Under the pieces are notes generated by a model. It was not told where the DNA came from. It did not search any database and saw only the letters and a list, made by a program, of their open reading frames with translations. From Octopus sinensis (lineage: Eukaryota), in NCBI RefSeq assembly GCF_006345805.1, contig NC_042997.1, forward strand, positions 43,834,001 through 43,898,000: a DNA stretch of 64,000 nt, given 5' to 3'. Position 1 is the first letter of the stretch, and every line of letters begins with the position of its first letter. Of this stretch, positions 24,501 to 39,200 are shown piece by piece. A program made the position numbers and the translations under genes.

Positions 24501-27500
24501 CTGGTGCACAGCTGAAATGGCAACACCTTAAGGAGGCAGCTTAAAAGATGTCTCTTCTACCTTGGAAAAAAGTACAATATTCTCATGTAGGTTTTTGAAA
24601 TGTGAAGAGAAATAAAAGGGGGAAAAAAATGTGGTATCACAGCAGATACATGAACAGATATTTCCAGCATAGTTTAACCCTTTAGTGTTCACATTATTCT
24701 GCCAAAATTAATCCTTTTTTATCCACATTGCCATGAACTAATCAGGCATTATCTTGTAGCTATGAGATTTTGATGAGGTAGCTGTTAATTTTTAAAACGA
24801 CATTGTAGGGCTGGTGTGAGAGACCAGATCTGACCAGTTTGAACATAAAACAGGCAGAATACTTTTGGCCGGATATAACCGGTTTGAATGCTAAAGGGTT
24901 AATGCTCTGCTCTTTAATTATATTCAAAAACAAACTGTATCCAGAAGAATTAGATACTTAGACATATACAAAAATGAGCAGAACACACTTATTATAGTTA
25001 ATTAGCATAAATGAAAAGCATATCAGGTAAGAGAGATAACTCAGAGTGACCAGTAGCATTCATTTGAACCAACAGAGATGACTAGAAGCATACTGATTAC
25101 CAAAACACGATAATAATAATATAATAATAATAATAATAATAATAATGAAATTATTGTATACAGTGCTCAGGTGCACCACAACTTGTCAGAAAGTGCATAT
25201 AAAGTACATGCAGTAATGTAGAAATGTCTGGAAAGCGAACAATGTATGAGTCAGATACATGCTTGCGTGTGTATGGAGGGGAGAAAATCAAGTGTAGTGT
25301 TGGTGAATCTCAGGAAGCATGGAAGTTTTGAAGGATCCAGTGCTCCGACAACTAACAACTGATGCCGGCAGTTTGTTCCATGCTTCAGCAACTCTCAGCG
25401 TGAAAAAATGTTTCCTGAAGTCATGGGAGCTGTGCTGTTTTCTTACTTTGTAAATATGTCCACGGGTATTAGACGGGTGGAGTTTGAAGAGGTGCTCAGA
25501 GTTATTGTTTGTGCGATGGTTGATAATTTTATGGGTGTCTGCCAAGATAACTTCTCGATTTACTGAAACTAACTCCATTTCCAGAGAAGGGAGAACAATT
25601 GCTCGGCAACAACTGGAATCAACACGAAATGAGAAGGGGAGACAATCACAAGAATAAATTATTCTTCAAAACTAACGAGCCTTTTCCTTTTAACTTTCTG
25701 AGAATAAATCTCAATCTTGTAATGGATTCAGCAAAAAATATCTAAAATTAGATTTGTTTATTCAAAACGTTTACAGTGTATTTACTTGTGATCAGATTAT
25801 TGTGAAAACAGGCAGCATTGCAGTGAAGATTTTTTTTCTCTTTGTTATGTATGTAGTCATTTGTGCTAAGAATGTTATATATAGGCAGTGGTCAAATTAA
25901 TTACATTAATTACAAACAGACACATTAAAAAAAAAATTGATGGAAGACGTTGGCAATAACACCCAGTAGGATGTATGTATCACTGCTATTGCTGGCAGTC
26001 GGGTGTCCATCACTGACAAGAGCAAAGAAGGTTGAAATCATGTGATCTGGTGGTCTCAGCAGTGGGAGTGGCGGGGATTTATTTCCCGTGAGCAATATAA
26101 ACAAAAGTGCATTTTGCATCAAAAGCCTATATAAGAGTTTCTCTCAAAGTGACTACCACAGTATAGCTTGTTCTAATAGAACATCCACGTTTAAGTGGGG
26201 ATAAATATTACCTTTTGGTAATAAATTAAAAACAATTAGTAATAAACTTGGACATGCAACCCTCAAAAAAACAAAAAAAAACCTTTTGCACCTTATTCTT
26301 TATGAAATTTACAGGTAAGCTGTTACTCCTATCATAAACAATATATCCAGATGTGCATGAATTTCAACGTGTAGGATACTTTGATATTAGGAAAGGCATC
26401 CTTGGCATTAGGATGTGTGTGTGTGTGTGTTTGAACACCCATCCGCACTTGACAATCAGTGTTGGTTTGTTTTACACCCACCATAACTTAGCAATTTGGC
26501 AAAAGAGATCAACAGAATAAGTACTAGACTTTAAAAAAAAATAAGTACTAGGGTCAATATCTCTGACTAAACCCTTTAAAGCTGTGCCCCAGCATGGCCA
26601 CAGTCCAATGATTGGAACAAGTAAAAATAAAAAAGAAAAAGAATGTTAATAAAGTAGAGGAAAGAATTAAAGTTTTTTCCCTTAGATTTCAGAGCTTAAC
26701 CCTTTAGTGTTCAGAAAATACTATCAAACATAATGCCTATTGATTCACATTGATTTGAATTAATCATACATTATCTCATATCTTCAAGATCTTGATGGTG
26801 TAATTACCTAATGTATAATAGCATTGTAGGGTAGGTGTGAGAGCCTGAATCTGTTCAGTTTGAACATAAAACTGATTAGCTATTTTGGCCCGATATGGCC
26901 GGTTTAAATACTAAAGGGTTAAACTGCCTGTAAAACAAATGATGCTAAAAGTGGTTTGATTTGTGTTGTTTTAAGTAGTATAGGGCTGAGAGTCAGACAT
27001 GGTGTCATGTGGAGTGGTGTCATGTGGAGGGGTGTCATGTGGAGGGGTGTCATGTGGAGTGGTGTCATGTTGAGTGGTGTCATGTGGAGTGGTGTCATAC
27101 AAAATGCTAAGAGTTAAGGAAAAGACAGCCTCGTTGTTCGGAGAAAAGAGAACGTTTATGCATAAATGAAGAGAAAAGGAGACAAGAGAAAGAACTTAGA
27201 GTGGCCGGTGGCATTTATGCAAAATAGCTAGGTCAATAAATGTGTTCCAAAGTATTTTGTTCTCTTTGAAACAACGTAGGGTAACGATAGAGCTGATGAC
27301 GCTTACTGAGACAGAAACACACATCTACAGCCTGCTTCTTGTCTCCAGAAAATTTCATTATCTTTTCTTTAATAGCATGTCATTTTTTCAATTTTGAAGA
27401 AATTTTTATTCTTGAAATTATATACTCCACTCATTTAGAATTGGTGTCAACTGCCTCAAAGCAATTGTTCTACCTTTTCTGCAAACGGAGTTAGTTTCAA

Positions 27501-28448
27501 CAAACCAAGAATTTAGCATGAAAGATATTTGATATACCATTATTCATCTCTTTGAAGGCGGCGTGCTGGCAGAATTATTAGCATGCCAGGTGAAATTTTT
27601 AGCAGTATTTTGTCTGTCTTTATGCTCTGAGTTCAAATTCTGCTGAGGTTGACTTTTCCTTTCTTCCTTTCAGGGTCAATAAATTAAGTACCAGTTGCAT
27701 ACTGGGGTCGATCTAATTGACTGGCCCCCTAATTTCAGGCCTTGTGCCAATAGTAGAAAGGATTAATCATCTCTTTGTTAACACAAGCTTTGATTTGCTT
27801 ATTTTTCTTTTTGGTCATTGTTTTTAGCCATTGGACTGTTGCCACGTTGGGACATTGCTTTCTAATATACAGAGTTGATTACACTGACTGTAGTTCTTAC
27901 GTTAATAGCTCTGGTAAAGGTGAAAGGCAAAGTAAACTTGGTAGTGTTTAAATTCTGAATGTAAAGTAAGTAGCCATAAAGTATTTTCTTCAAAGCGGTA
28001 TCAATTATTCCATTTACCATATTGTGCATTTACTAAAAAAACAATTCTTTAAACAATTCAGTAAAATAGTAAGAATTGGGTTGTAAAATGGAAATACTGG
28101 CATGGCTGTGAGGTATGAAGCTTGTTTCTCAACCACATAGTTTCATGTTCAATCCCACTGTGTGGCACCTTAAGCAAGTGTCTTCAACTATACCTCTGGT
28201 TGACCAAAGTTTTATGAGTGAATTCAGTAGATGGAAACTGAAAAAAGTCTGTTATATATATATATATGATAGATTGGTAGCCACTACACACATTTTTTTC
28301 TCTCCTTGTTTTTTCTGTGTCCCTTTCTGTAGAAGAGCATAGGCTCGAAACGTAAAAGACTTTTTCAATTCCTGAGCATTATACTAATACATCTGTTTGT
28401 TTTGTACACCACCTGTCTTCGTCTTTTGTTTTTTTTGTGAACTCTCCC

Positions 28449-28511
<63 letters not shown>

Positions 28512-31500
28512 ATGAATAAAATAGCAAAACTTGAATATTCCTAAAGATATTATTGTTGCTAATATTATCTATGGTAAATATAAGTAATTGATACTATCAG
28601 CAACAATAATACAGATAATTAACAGGCATTGAATAGCGTTAAATAGCTCTAAAATTTTTAAATTAGCATTAAACATCAGGACATTCATACGTCAGGCCCG
28701 TTAGAAATAGGAGTTAAAACCCCAAATTGAACCACTGAAAAACTGAGAAGTAAGACAGAAGACAAACATGAGCGGGCCAAATGGTTAAAGAATTTAAAAT
28801 CTACCTTTGTAGATAATGTTACTCAGATATACATATGTGTATGTGTGTCTTTGTGTCTATGTTTGTTTGCTCACCACTGCTTGACAACCAGTACTGGTGG
28901 TGTTTACATACACGTAACTTAGTGGTTCAGCAAATGGGACTAATGCAATAGGTACAATTCTTTAAAAAATAAGTCCAGAGGTCGATTTGTTCAACTAAAG
29001 TCCTTAAAGACAGTGCCCCAGTATGGCCACAGTCAAATGACTAAAACAAATAAAAGATAAAAAATAAAATGTATTTCTTACCTCCATCACAAACTGACCA
29101 GCGTAAGTGCCTGTCATAGTAGAGCTTTGACCAGCAGCTAGAATTCCAACAGCCCATATATACATAGCAGCTTGACCAAATTTACAGCCCAAAAACTTGC
29201 CCTACAGAAAAATAAAACAGGTTTAAGTCCATACATAAATACATATCTTTAACTTTACAATCAATGTAGTTAACAGTGTGTCCTGATTGTGAAGAGTCAC
29301 TGTTTGTCACAATGTAGAATGACAATTTTTTTATATTTTTCATATTGGCTCAAAATCACAAAAATTGTAAGGAAGTGATTCAATTTTGTTTTTAATCATT
29401 TCATCAGGAAGAAATTTAAGTGTCTCTAACTCTTTACAGGGTTTGTAAGAGGTGGGAGATAGGGAGGTATCCTCAAACTAAAGATTAGTGCTCTGAATGC
29501 TTGTAACAGAAGGGACTCAGCTATTGACACCCAAGAATGTATCCAATGTTAGGTATAAAAGTATAAAATGATGTGATATAAAATAACATCAAAATATAGA
29601 AATATAAAAATTACAAGAATATAAACAATGTTAGAAAATGTAAAAAAAAAAAATCAGAAAAAATATATGACAGGATCAGCGTTTATATTGTGTGGTTGAA
29701 AATATGTTTATTATGGGGAATAATGATGGGGGAAGCACTCCATCGTTTACGACGACGAGGGTTCCGCTTGATCCGATCAACGGAACAGCCTGCTCGTGAA
29801 ATTAACGTGTAAGTGGCTGAGCACTCCACAGACACGTGTACCCTTAACGCAGTTCTCGGGGATATTCAGCGTGACACAGAGAGTGACAAGGCCGGCCCTT
29901 TGAAATACAGGTACAACAGAAACAGGAAGAGTGAGAGAAAGTTGTGGTGAAAGAGTACAGCAGGGATCACCACCATCCCCTGCCGGAGCCTCGTGGAGCT
30001 TTTAGGTGTTTTCACTCAATAAACACTCACAACGCCCGGTCTGGGAATCGAAACCGCGATCCTACGACTGCGAGTCCGCTGCCCTAACCACTGGGCCATT
30101 GCACCTCCACTGGAATAATGATAGAGCATATAAGGTATGCTGATAAATCATATATGATCAAATGATGATTAGCAGATGGAAGATTAAATCAGGATCATAT
30201 GAGCTTAGCTTAAGGAATGAAATTTAATTAACTAAATAGTGTGTTGTTGTGAAATAGTCTCAATGTCAAGGAATGATGTTGAATTTTAAGATATTAAGAT
30301 TTAAGGTATACCACAAAAAAAAAATCAATCTTACATGTTAAACATCTGTTAACAGAAATTTGAAAAAAAATCATTGTTGTATGAGATTCAAAAGGAAAAT
30401 AAGCTACACAGTTTATATTGTTTGCAAACCACAGCTGTCCAGATAAATTAACCATCTTGAAGATATTGATTTCTTTTGCATAGACACTAAGTTTTTGGGA
30501 TAAAAAAAAAACCATAACTGATTGAATTGATTGTAGAGTAATAAAAGTACACATTTTACAAATCTGTGAGATAACAGGTAAAGTCAGACTAAACTGAATT
30601 TGAAATCAGAACACATGGACGCAAGATTGAGTACTACAATAGAAACAGTTCAGTTCTAAAACTTGCTTGAAGAAAACAGAATGCCTCTTCTCATTCTTTG
30701 ATAATGGACTCAGTCCAAAACATTATACTTTCTTAATCATGGACCATTTTTTTGTTTTCAATAATCTGCTATGGCTGCAGCATATGTAATTCAAAATGTT
30801 ACAAAGGATATCATTAAAGTTATTCAAGCTACATAGGATCACAGCTTTATTAGATCTTTAAAAAAACTACATACCATTATTTGACCCTGAAACCTCCTAC
30901 TGCTCTATGTCACGCTGGTGAGACCCATGTTGGAGTACAGGATTCAAGCCTCTTCTCCTTATCTCCTCAAAGACATACATCATCTCGAAAGAGTCCAGAA
31001 GCTGGCTACCTGCATGGTTCTTGGTCTCAAGAATTTGTCTTATGAAGAAAGGCTGAAGACGCTCAACCTTTATTCTCAAGAAAAATGATGCCGCCGTGGT
31101 GATCTCATTCTTGCTTACAACATCATAAGTGGAAAGTGTAACCTCTCGAAAGAGCTGTTCTTCACTCCTGCTCCAGAGCGTCGGCTGCGGGGTCACTCCG
31201 AAAAGCTCTATCTGCAACGATTTCATCTCAATCGAAGGAGAGGGGCTTTCTCCGTCCGGGTTGCAAATCCGTGGAACAAGCTGCCGGACGAGATGGTGAA
31301 GATGCCGACAACCGCTCGGTTCAAAGTCTCCCTTGACCACAAGTGACCTGAACTCTTTACATGAACACCACCCTGTATATAACTCCAGGTCCCCCTACAT
31401 GGCCTTGCTTTTTGGTTTTTGAGCCAAAAAATGAACTAACTAACTAACAGTAGAAGCATCTCAAAAAAATCTATACAGCTTACCAGGTTGAAAAAATAAC

Positions 31501-32250
31501 TCATGTTAATATATAGAAAAAAATGGAAATATGTCAAAACTGAATGTTTTTCAATAGAAGTAGAATATTTTACTCACACCACGCAGAATATCAACTTGAG
31601 GGTCTGTTGTCTGAAAAGAAAAACATAAGTATTAAAGATAAGAGAACAAGATATCACTATTATTATTATTATTATTATTATTATTGAGTGAGAGAGCAGT
31701 ACATGCCATCAAAGTGACACTGGGGTAAAATATACAAAGCCCAGTATACCTATCATGATTACCCCTCTGATAAGGGTACACCAGGTACTTGCATCACAAC
31801 CATGCACAATATGGTGATCTCATATCAAGATAAACAGTGCATTACCTTGCAGGTGGGGTCCAGTTAGAATTTTCTTCAGGTCAATTAGTCCATCCTACTC
31901 AAAAGGTCCCTGAATAAGGTTTCTTTATGGATGATGAATGAAACACCCATATTTCCAGAGGTGAATTATTCAAATCCTTAAAGAATCCCTCTCAACACAT
32001 GGCTATGATGCTCCCCCACTACTTCTGCTCGTGATCAGAGATGCACATATCATCAGCCATTAAGGGACATGCTCAACTGGTTAAGGTCAAACAACTGACA
32101 AGCAAATCTGTGGTATTGGGCAGAATATTTGCTGTAGCCCATCTTTTATACCAAGACAAAATAATGTACATGATAACACTTCCAATCAGTTAAGATCAAA
32201 AACCATGAGAGTCACTGCCTGGTACTGCATCAGGGCATTCATTGTTATTA

Positions 32251-32284
<34 letters not shown>

Positions 32285-33252
32285 CATTATTATTATTACT
32301 ACTTATGGTTGACTTTGCCAGTTATTGTCTTAGGGTTGATAAGATAAGAACCAGTTAATTACTGGAGTCAAGTCAATTACATTGACACCCCTCACATAAT
32401 AAGAAAACTACTAGTCTTGTGCCAAAATTAGATTAAAAACTATTATTATTATTATTATTATTCATTGTTATTTTATATCTGCATTCCAAGCTAGCATGGG
32501 GTGGACAGGTGATTTTTGGTCTCTTAGATGGGTTGGGGTACCACATTTCACACATGACTTTCATTTTAGTTTCTATGGTCAGGTGCCCTTCCTAATACCA
32601 ACCATTTCACATAGTGTACTTGGGTGCATTTTAACAAGATACCTACACTGGAAGAGTTGTTATGTCTTTAAACAAAACTAAAGGGTTCTCACAACTCTAT
32701 AACATAGCAAAGAGAACTAAGTACATCTTATTGTGGCATCAGCACTAGAGAGGATGAGAGGATGAGAGTAAGAAGAGGTGGATAAATGATGAGAGTGAAT
32801 GATGGCCGTTGGTACCAGATGGCCAGTGTGGAACATAGGTAGTATGTTTGAGGTACATAGAGGTCTGATGATGTTCTTTTAAATATATATATACTCCAAG
32901 ATGGTGATTGCTGTTGAGTAGACTCAGTGAAACCTACAGCAAAAGATATGTAGTACAGGGGTACCAGATCAAGTGGTTAAGGCTAATCCATAAGCCCAGA
33001 ATCTTGGATACACATATATTAGCCAAGCTGAATTTCATTATATGCTTGCAGTTCTAATCATAGTCAAGCTGTCTTTATTTTCAGGTTTATGGAAGTATGA
33101 TTGTGTCCTCTTGCCTTGACATCACAAGATTGTAATAAATGAATGTAATTCATTAGAAAATCTGACTCAATAAACTCCATCTGACCTACACAACCATGGG
33201 AAATCGAACATTAAAACAATGATGATGATGATGATGAAGATACATATATGTG

Positions 33253-33297
<45 letters not shown>

Positions 33298-36200
33298 GTA
33301 TATATATATCACCATCACGTGACCGACCAGTCCATCAGATGTAGTTACACATCGCTGGTCACAATGCGTTCGCATTGTTTTAGCCTTCGAATGACGCCAC
33401 CCCGCTGGCTAAGCGAGCAGGCCAACAGAAGAAAGAGTGGTGAAAGATTACAGCAGGGATCACCACCATCCCCCGCCGGAGCCTTGTGGAGCTTTTAGGT
33501 GTTTTCGCTCAATAAACACACACAACGCCCGGTCTGGGAATCGAAACCGCGATCCTGCGACCGCGAGTCCGCTGCCCTAACCACTAGGCCATTGCGCCTC
33601 CACATATATGTATATATATACCAGTAAATCTAAGTAGTATATAGATCCCAGGTAAATCCTCATGCATGACAGGTAAATCCAAATATCTTTTGGCAGAATT
33701 TCTCAAAATTCAGAGTATTTGACAATTGTTGGTTTTATAAGATGAGATCTATAATAAAGATGTAATTTTCTTTATACATATCTTTTTAACACACACACAC
33801 ACACACACACACACAGAGGCTACTTCACCTACGACTAACACTAAATCTATGGGAAATAACTTCACTTCCCCTTGCAAAATGATATAATTTTTCCAGTATG
33901 TTTCGCTACACATTTTTCTTCCAACACCAAATCAACCTCGAGTCTATGTACCTCCAGCATTAAAGATAAAAGAGGGTATGTACCCACACACAGAGACGTA
34001 CACGTTAACCAAACATTCTACTCGCTTGTGTCTCTTCTCTTTCCCCACTGGCACATATATGTATTATGCCAATCTTCTGAATGGAGTCATTATTAGATGG
34101 TCATGGCACATTTACTGTAGCATTGTTCAAATTCAACTTTGCATAAAGCTGCCTAAACCTTACAGCTATTGTGCATCTTTATATATAAAAGTGAGGTTGT
34201 GTGAGTGTCTGTTTCCTACGATTTAGATTCCTAACTACTCCCACATTTTGCGGTGCAGTTTAACCAAAACCGGGTATCTTATAGTCGTGATTCATATCGA
34301 GCCCTTCTGGGTATTAGCGCGCGTCTACGATGAGTCTACGATTTAAAAAAAAATTTACCATCATTTTTTTCCATTTTAATGCATTTTTTCGCTATTATAT
34401 AAGGGAAGTAACTCTCTAAAAATGTCTACGATGAGTCAACGATTTAAAAAAAATTTACCATCGTTTTTTTTCCATTTTTAATGCATTTTTTGGCTATAAC
34501 TCTCTAAAAATGCTTATATAGTTATTTCCCTTACAAACCCGAGCAACGCCAGGCGATACTGCTACTCATATATAAAATTAAAGCAAGTACTCACATTAAA
34601 TTCATGAGCATATGCAATATCATGTTGTATACATTCTTCATACTGAAATAGAAAAATTAAATATTTTCAATAGAATTATTTTTAAAACAATCATAGAGTA
34701 TGCATGTATGTATGCATGTGTGTGTATGTATGTGTGTGTATGTATGTGTGTATGTATGTATGTATGTATGTATGTAATTGTTTAGCATATACAGAAGGGC
34801 TTAGTGAATTTTTGCTTGATTGATTGTAGTGGACTTTTATAACAAGTTATTTTTAAAACAGCAAAATCTGACCCTTAAATGTAGAAAACTAAATATCCCC
34901 ACAGTGGGATAGTTAGAAAACCCATGATGTAAAGAAAAGGAGAGTGTGTTGTTTTGTGTCATACAAGTGGAGAGCAGAAAAGTTCCTGGTTTTAAGGGTC
35001 TTGTGAAAGACTTGGTTGGAGGCCCAACCTTCTTTCTTTTACAGGGCTTAGAAAAACTGAAGGACCGCTGCAATAAGTGTGTGAATCTGAGAGGGGAATC
35101 ATCATCATCATCATCATCGTTTAATGTCCGTTCTCCATGCTGGCATGGGTTGGACGGTTCGACCAGGGATCTGGGAAGCCAGAAGGCTGCACCAGGCTCC
35201 AGTCTTATCTGGCAATGTTTCTACAGCTGGATGCCCTTCCTAACGCCAACCACTCCGTGAGTGTAGTGGGTGCTTTTTACGTGCCACCTGCACTGGTGCC
35301 AGGTGAGGCTGGCATCGGCCACGGTCAGATTGGTGCATTTTACGTGCCACCTGCACGGAAGCCAGTCAAGGCGGCACTGGCTTCGGCCACAATTCGGATG
35401 GTACCTTTTGTTGAATAAAATCATAATCAACTGATCCTTCTGTATTTTCTTTTACCCAAAGCCAGGAACTTTCAGAAACCCTCGTAGATCTTTTTCAAGG
35501 TGTTTAGAACAATGTAAAGAGGAGTTCTAACTGTTATGGAGTCAATGGCTGATGATATCAATTTTTGTTAGTTATAGTATAGTTATTCATATAACCTGAC
35601 AAACTTCACAGAAATCATCATTATTTAACAATCATTGTCCATGCTGGCATGGATGAGTTGGACGGTTTGATTGGGCTGGCACACTGGAAGGCTGCACCAG
35701 GTTCCAGTCTGATTCGGTATGGTCTTCTATGGCTGGATGCCCTTCCTAACGCCAACCACTCCGAGAGTGTAATGAGTGCTTTTATGTGCCACCGGCACAA
35801 GTGCCATTTTTGTGATGCTGGGGTGCGTTTATGCGCCACCAGCACAGGTGTTAGTTTGCGTGACACTGGTATCTTCCATGACTGCAATTTTGCTCAGCTT
35901 GATGGGTCTTCTTCTCAAGCATGACATAATGCCAAAGGTCTCGGTCATTGCCTCCTTGAGGCCCAACACTTGATAGGAACTCAGCCACTTTGCTCCCATG
36001 AGGCCCAACACTCAAAAGAATTTCAGCCACTTTGCTTCTGTGAAGCCCAATGCTTGAAAGGAATTCAGCCCCTTTGCTCCCATGAGGCCCAACACTCAAA
36101 AGAATTTCAGCCACTTTGCTTCTGTGAAGCCCAATGCTTGAAAGGAATTCAGCCCCTTTGCTCCCATGAGGCCCAACACTCAAAAGAATTTCAGCCACTT

Positions 36201-39200
36201 TGCTTCTGTGAAGCCCAATGCTTGAAAGGAATTCAGCCCCTTTGCCTCCATGAGACCCAACGTTCAAAAGAAGTTCTTTACATGCCACCAGCATGGGTCT
36301 TCTTAAGCCCAGCAAATCACCAAAGGTCTGTCACAGTCATTGCCTCTGTCAGGCTCAAAGTTTGTAGGTCATGCTTCACCACCTCATCCCATGTCTTCCT
36401 GGATCTACCACAGGTTCCCTCCACAATTAGAGATTGGCACTTTTTTTACACAGCTGTCTGCATCCACATGCATTACACGACCATACCAGCGCAGTCGTCT
36501 CTCTTGCACACCTCATCTGATGCCTCTTATGCCTAACTTTTCATTCAAGATGCTTACACTGTTGAACATGCACACTGACATTGCACATCCAGCAAAGCAT
36601 AGAGTCATAGTCCTATGAGAAAATGCCCAACATATTTCAAACTTTTTCCAGTTACTATAATGACACTCAGTTATGATGACAAAAGTTCCAGTTGATCTGA
36701 TAACGGAACAGCCTGCTCATGCAATTAACACATGAGTGGCTGAGCACTCCACAGACACACGTAACCCTTAAGATAGTTATCAGGGAGATTCAGCCTGACA
36801 CAGAATGTGACAAGGCTGGCCCTATGAATTACAGGTACCACTCAATTTTACCAGCTGAGTGGAGTGGAGCAACATGAAATAAAGTGTCTTGCTCAAGGAC
36901 ACAACTGGCCATCAGGAATCAAATTCACAACCTTACAATTGTGAGCCAAATACCCTAATCACTAAAGCTACACACCTTCTTATTTCTTTATTGACCACAA
37001 GGGGCTAAACACAGAGGGGACAAACAAGGACAGACAAAGGTATTAAGTCGATTACATCAACCCCAGTGCGTAACTGGTACTTAATTTATCGACCCTGAAA
37101 GGATGAAAGGCAAAGTCGACCTTGTCGGAATTTGAACTCAGAACATAAAGACAGACAAAATACCTATTTCTTTACTACCCACAAGGGGCTAAACACAGAA
37201 GGGACAAACAAGGACAAATAAAGGTATTAAGTCGATTACATCGACCCCAGTGCATAACTGGTACTTAATTTATCGACCCTGAAAGGATGAAAGGCTAAGT
37301 CGACCTCGGCGGAATTTGAACTCAGAACGTAACGGCAGACGAAATACCGCTAAGCATTTCGCCTGACATGCTAACGTTTCTGCCAGCTCGCCAGCTACGC
37401 ACCTTCTGGTTAGTACAGTACAACAGAAACTATCATGGTGCTTCTACTGCTAAGTCAGCCGTCATCTATTTTGTACACAGAATAATTTGTCATCTGTTTG
37501 TGTCTATCAACATATTGCATGTCTGTATTATCTTTTGCCAACAATGTGTCCATATCATCTCTTCATTACGGCCAGGTCCCTTACACCTGCAACATGGCCA
37601 GTATGAAGCAAAAGGGGTTATCACACAGAAACTTCACTAAGTGGAATGGAAATAGTTTAGGAGTTGGTGGGCAGAAAAACCCCATCTGAAATAAATCAAC
37701 AGCAGTATTAATCGCCACTGCCGCCGCCACCGACAGTGACGGCGATGAATGTGACAATCCACTCCATGGACCTAATGAAAAATATTCCGGTCAAACCGTC
37801 GAAACCTATGTCAACATGGAAAATGATGATGATTTGAAATAGAAGTTAGATAGCCTTGTCACAGGCGCAGGAGTGGCTGTGTGGTAAGTAGCTTGCTAAC
37901 TAACCACATGGTTCCGGGTTCAGTCCCACTGCGTGACATCTTGAGCAAGTGTCTTCTACTATAGCCCCAGGCCGACCAAAGCCTTGTGAGTGGATTTGGT
38001 AGACGGAAACTGAAAGAAGCCTGTCGTATATATGTATATATATATATATGTATGTGTGTTTGTTTGTGTGTCTGTATTTGTACCCCTAGCATTGCTTGAC
38101 AACCGATGCTGGTGTGTTTGCGTCCCCGTCACTTAGCGGTTCGGCAAAAAGAGACCGATAGAATAAGTACTGGGCTTACAAAGAATAAGTCTCGGGGTCG
38201 ATTTGCTCGACTAAAGGCGGTGCTCCAGCATGGCCGCAGTCAAATGACTGGAAGAAGTAAAAGAAGCTCTTGAGGTAGAGATGAAAAAAAACTCCAACAT
38301 TTGCTGGTTACACTTACCACTGTTGTGTTACCGTCCCTTTGACTGAAACCTTCAGCAAAGACGGACACGACAAACAAATTGATGAGGAACGATACAAACA
38401 GTGCAATCGCAGCTTCAACGAAATAATACATGTTGGCTTCTTTTACTTTTTTCTTGTTGCTTCTGTCAATATCACGGGACTGGAAAAAACAAAAACAAAA
38501 AAAAAAAAAGGACACCAAAATATTAAAAGGGTTACAACAACACCCGTTAAAAATAACAATGAACTGGCAATAGTAAACTGTTAGAAATAGTTGAGTACCA
38601 AGTGCCATGCGGTTATTAGTTTCACACCTCTCAGTTTTAAATCTTGTTAAGGCTGTTGCAACTTCAGCAGCATAGACGCAGGAGTGGCTGCGTGGTAAGT
38701 AGCTTGCTTACCAACCACATGGTTCCGGGTTCATTCCCACTGCGTGACACACTTTGGGCAAGTGTCTTCTGCTATAGCCCCGGGCTGACCAAAGCCTTGT
38801 GAGTGGATTTGGTAGATGGAAACTGAAAGAAGCTTGTCGTATACATACATACATATGTATGTATATATATATATAAATGTATGTGTGTTTGTGTACCTGT
38901 GTTTGTCTCCCCAACATTGCTTAACAACTGATGCTGGTGTGTTTACGTCCCCGTAAATTAGCGGTTCGGCATAAGAGACCGATAGAATAAGTACTAGGCT
39001 TACAAAGAATAAGTCCTGGGGTCGATTTGCCTAACTGAAAGGTGGTGCTCCAGCATGGCCACAGTCAAATGACTGAAATGAGTAAAAGAGTAATTGTAGT
39101 AAGGTACTTTTACACTGATGTTTCCCTGCTGCTATTGGATGGATGATTTGTCACGGTTTGAGTATTTCAGAGTTACTACACTCAAGATGGTTCAAGGGGT

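Noticed and set aside
28321-28365. Hammerhead-like gagc-atag-gctc-GAAAC-GTA
   Set aside because: CUGANGA core is absent (ctgtagaa); decayed PLE-derived repeat
35851-36536. 154-aa and 188-aa ORFs with 28-aa repeats
   Set aside because: Stop-free tandem repeat inside a LINE 3' UTR, open on both strands
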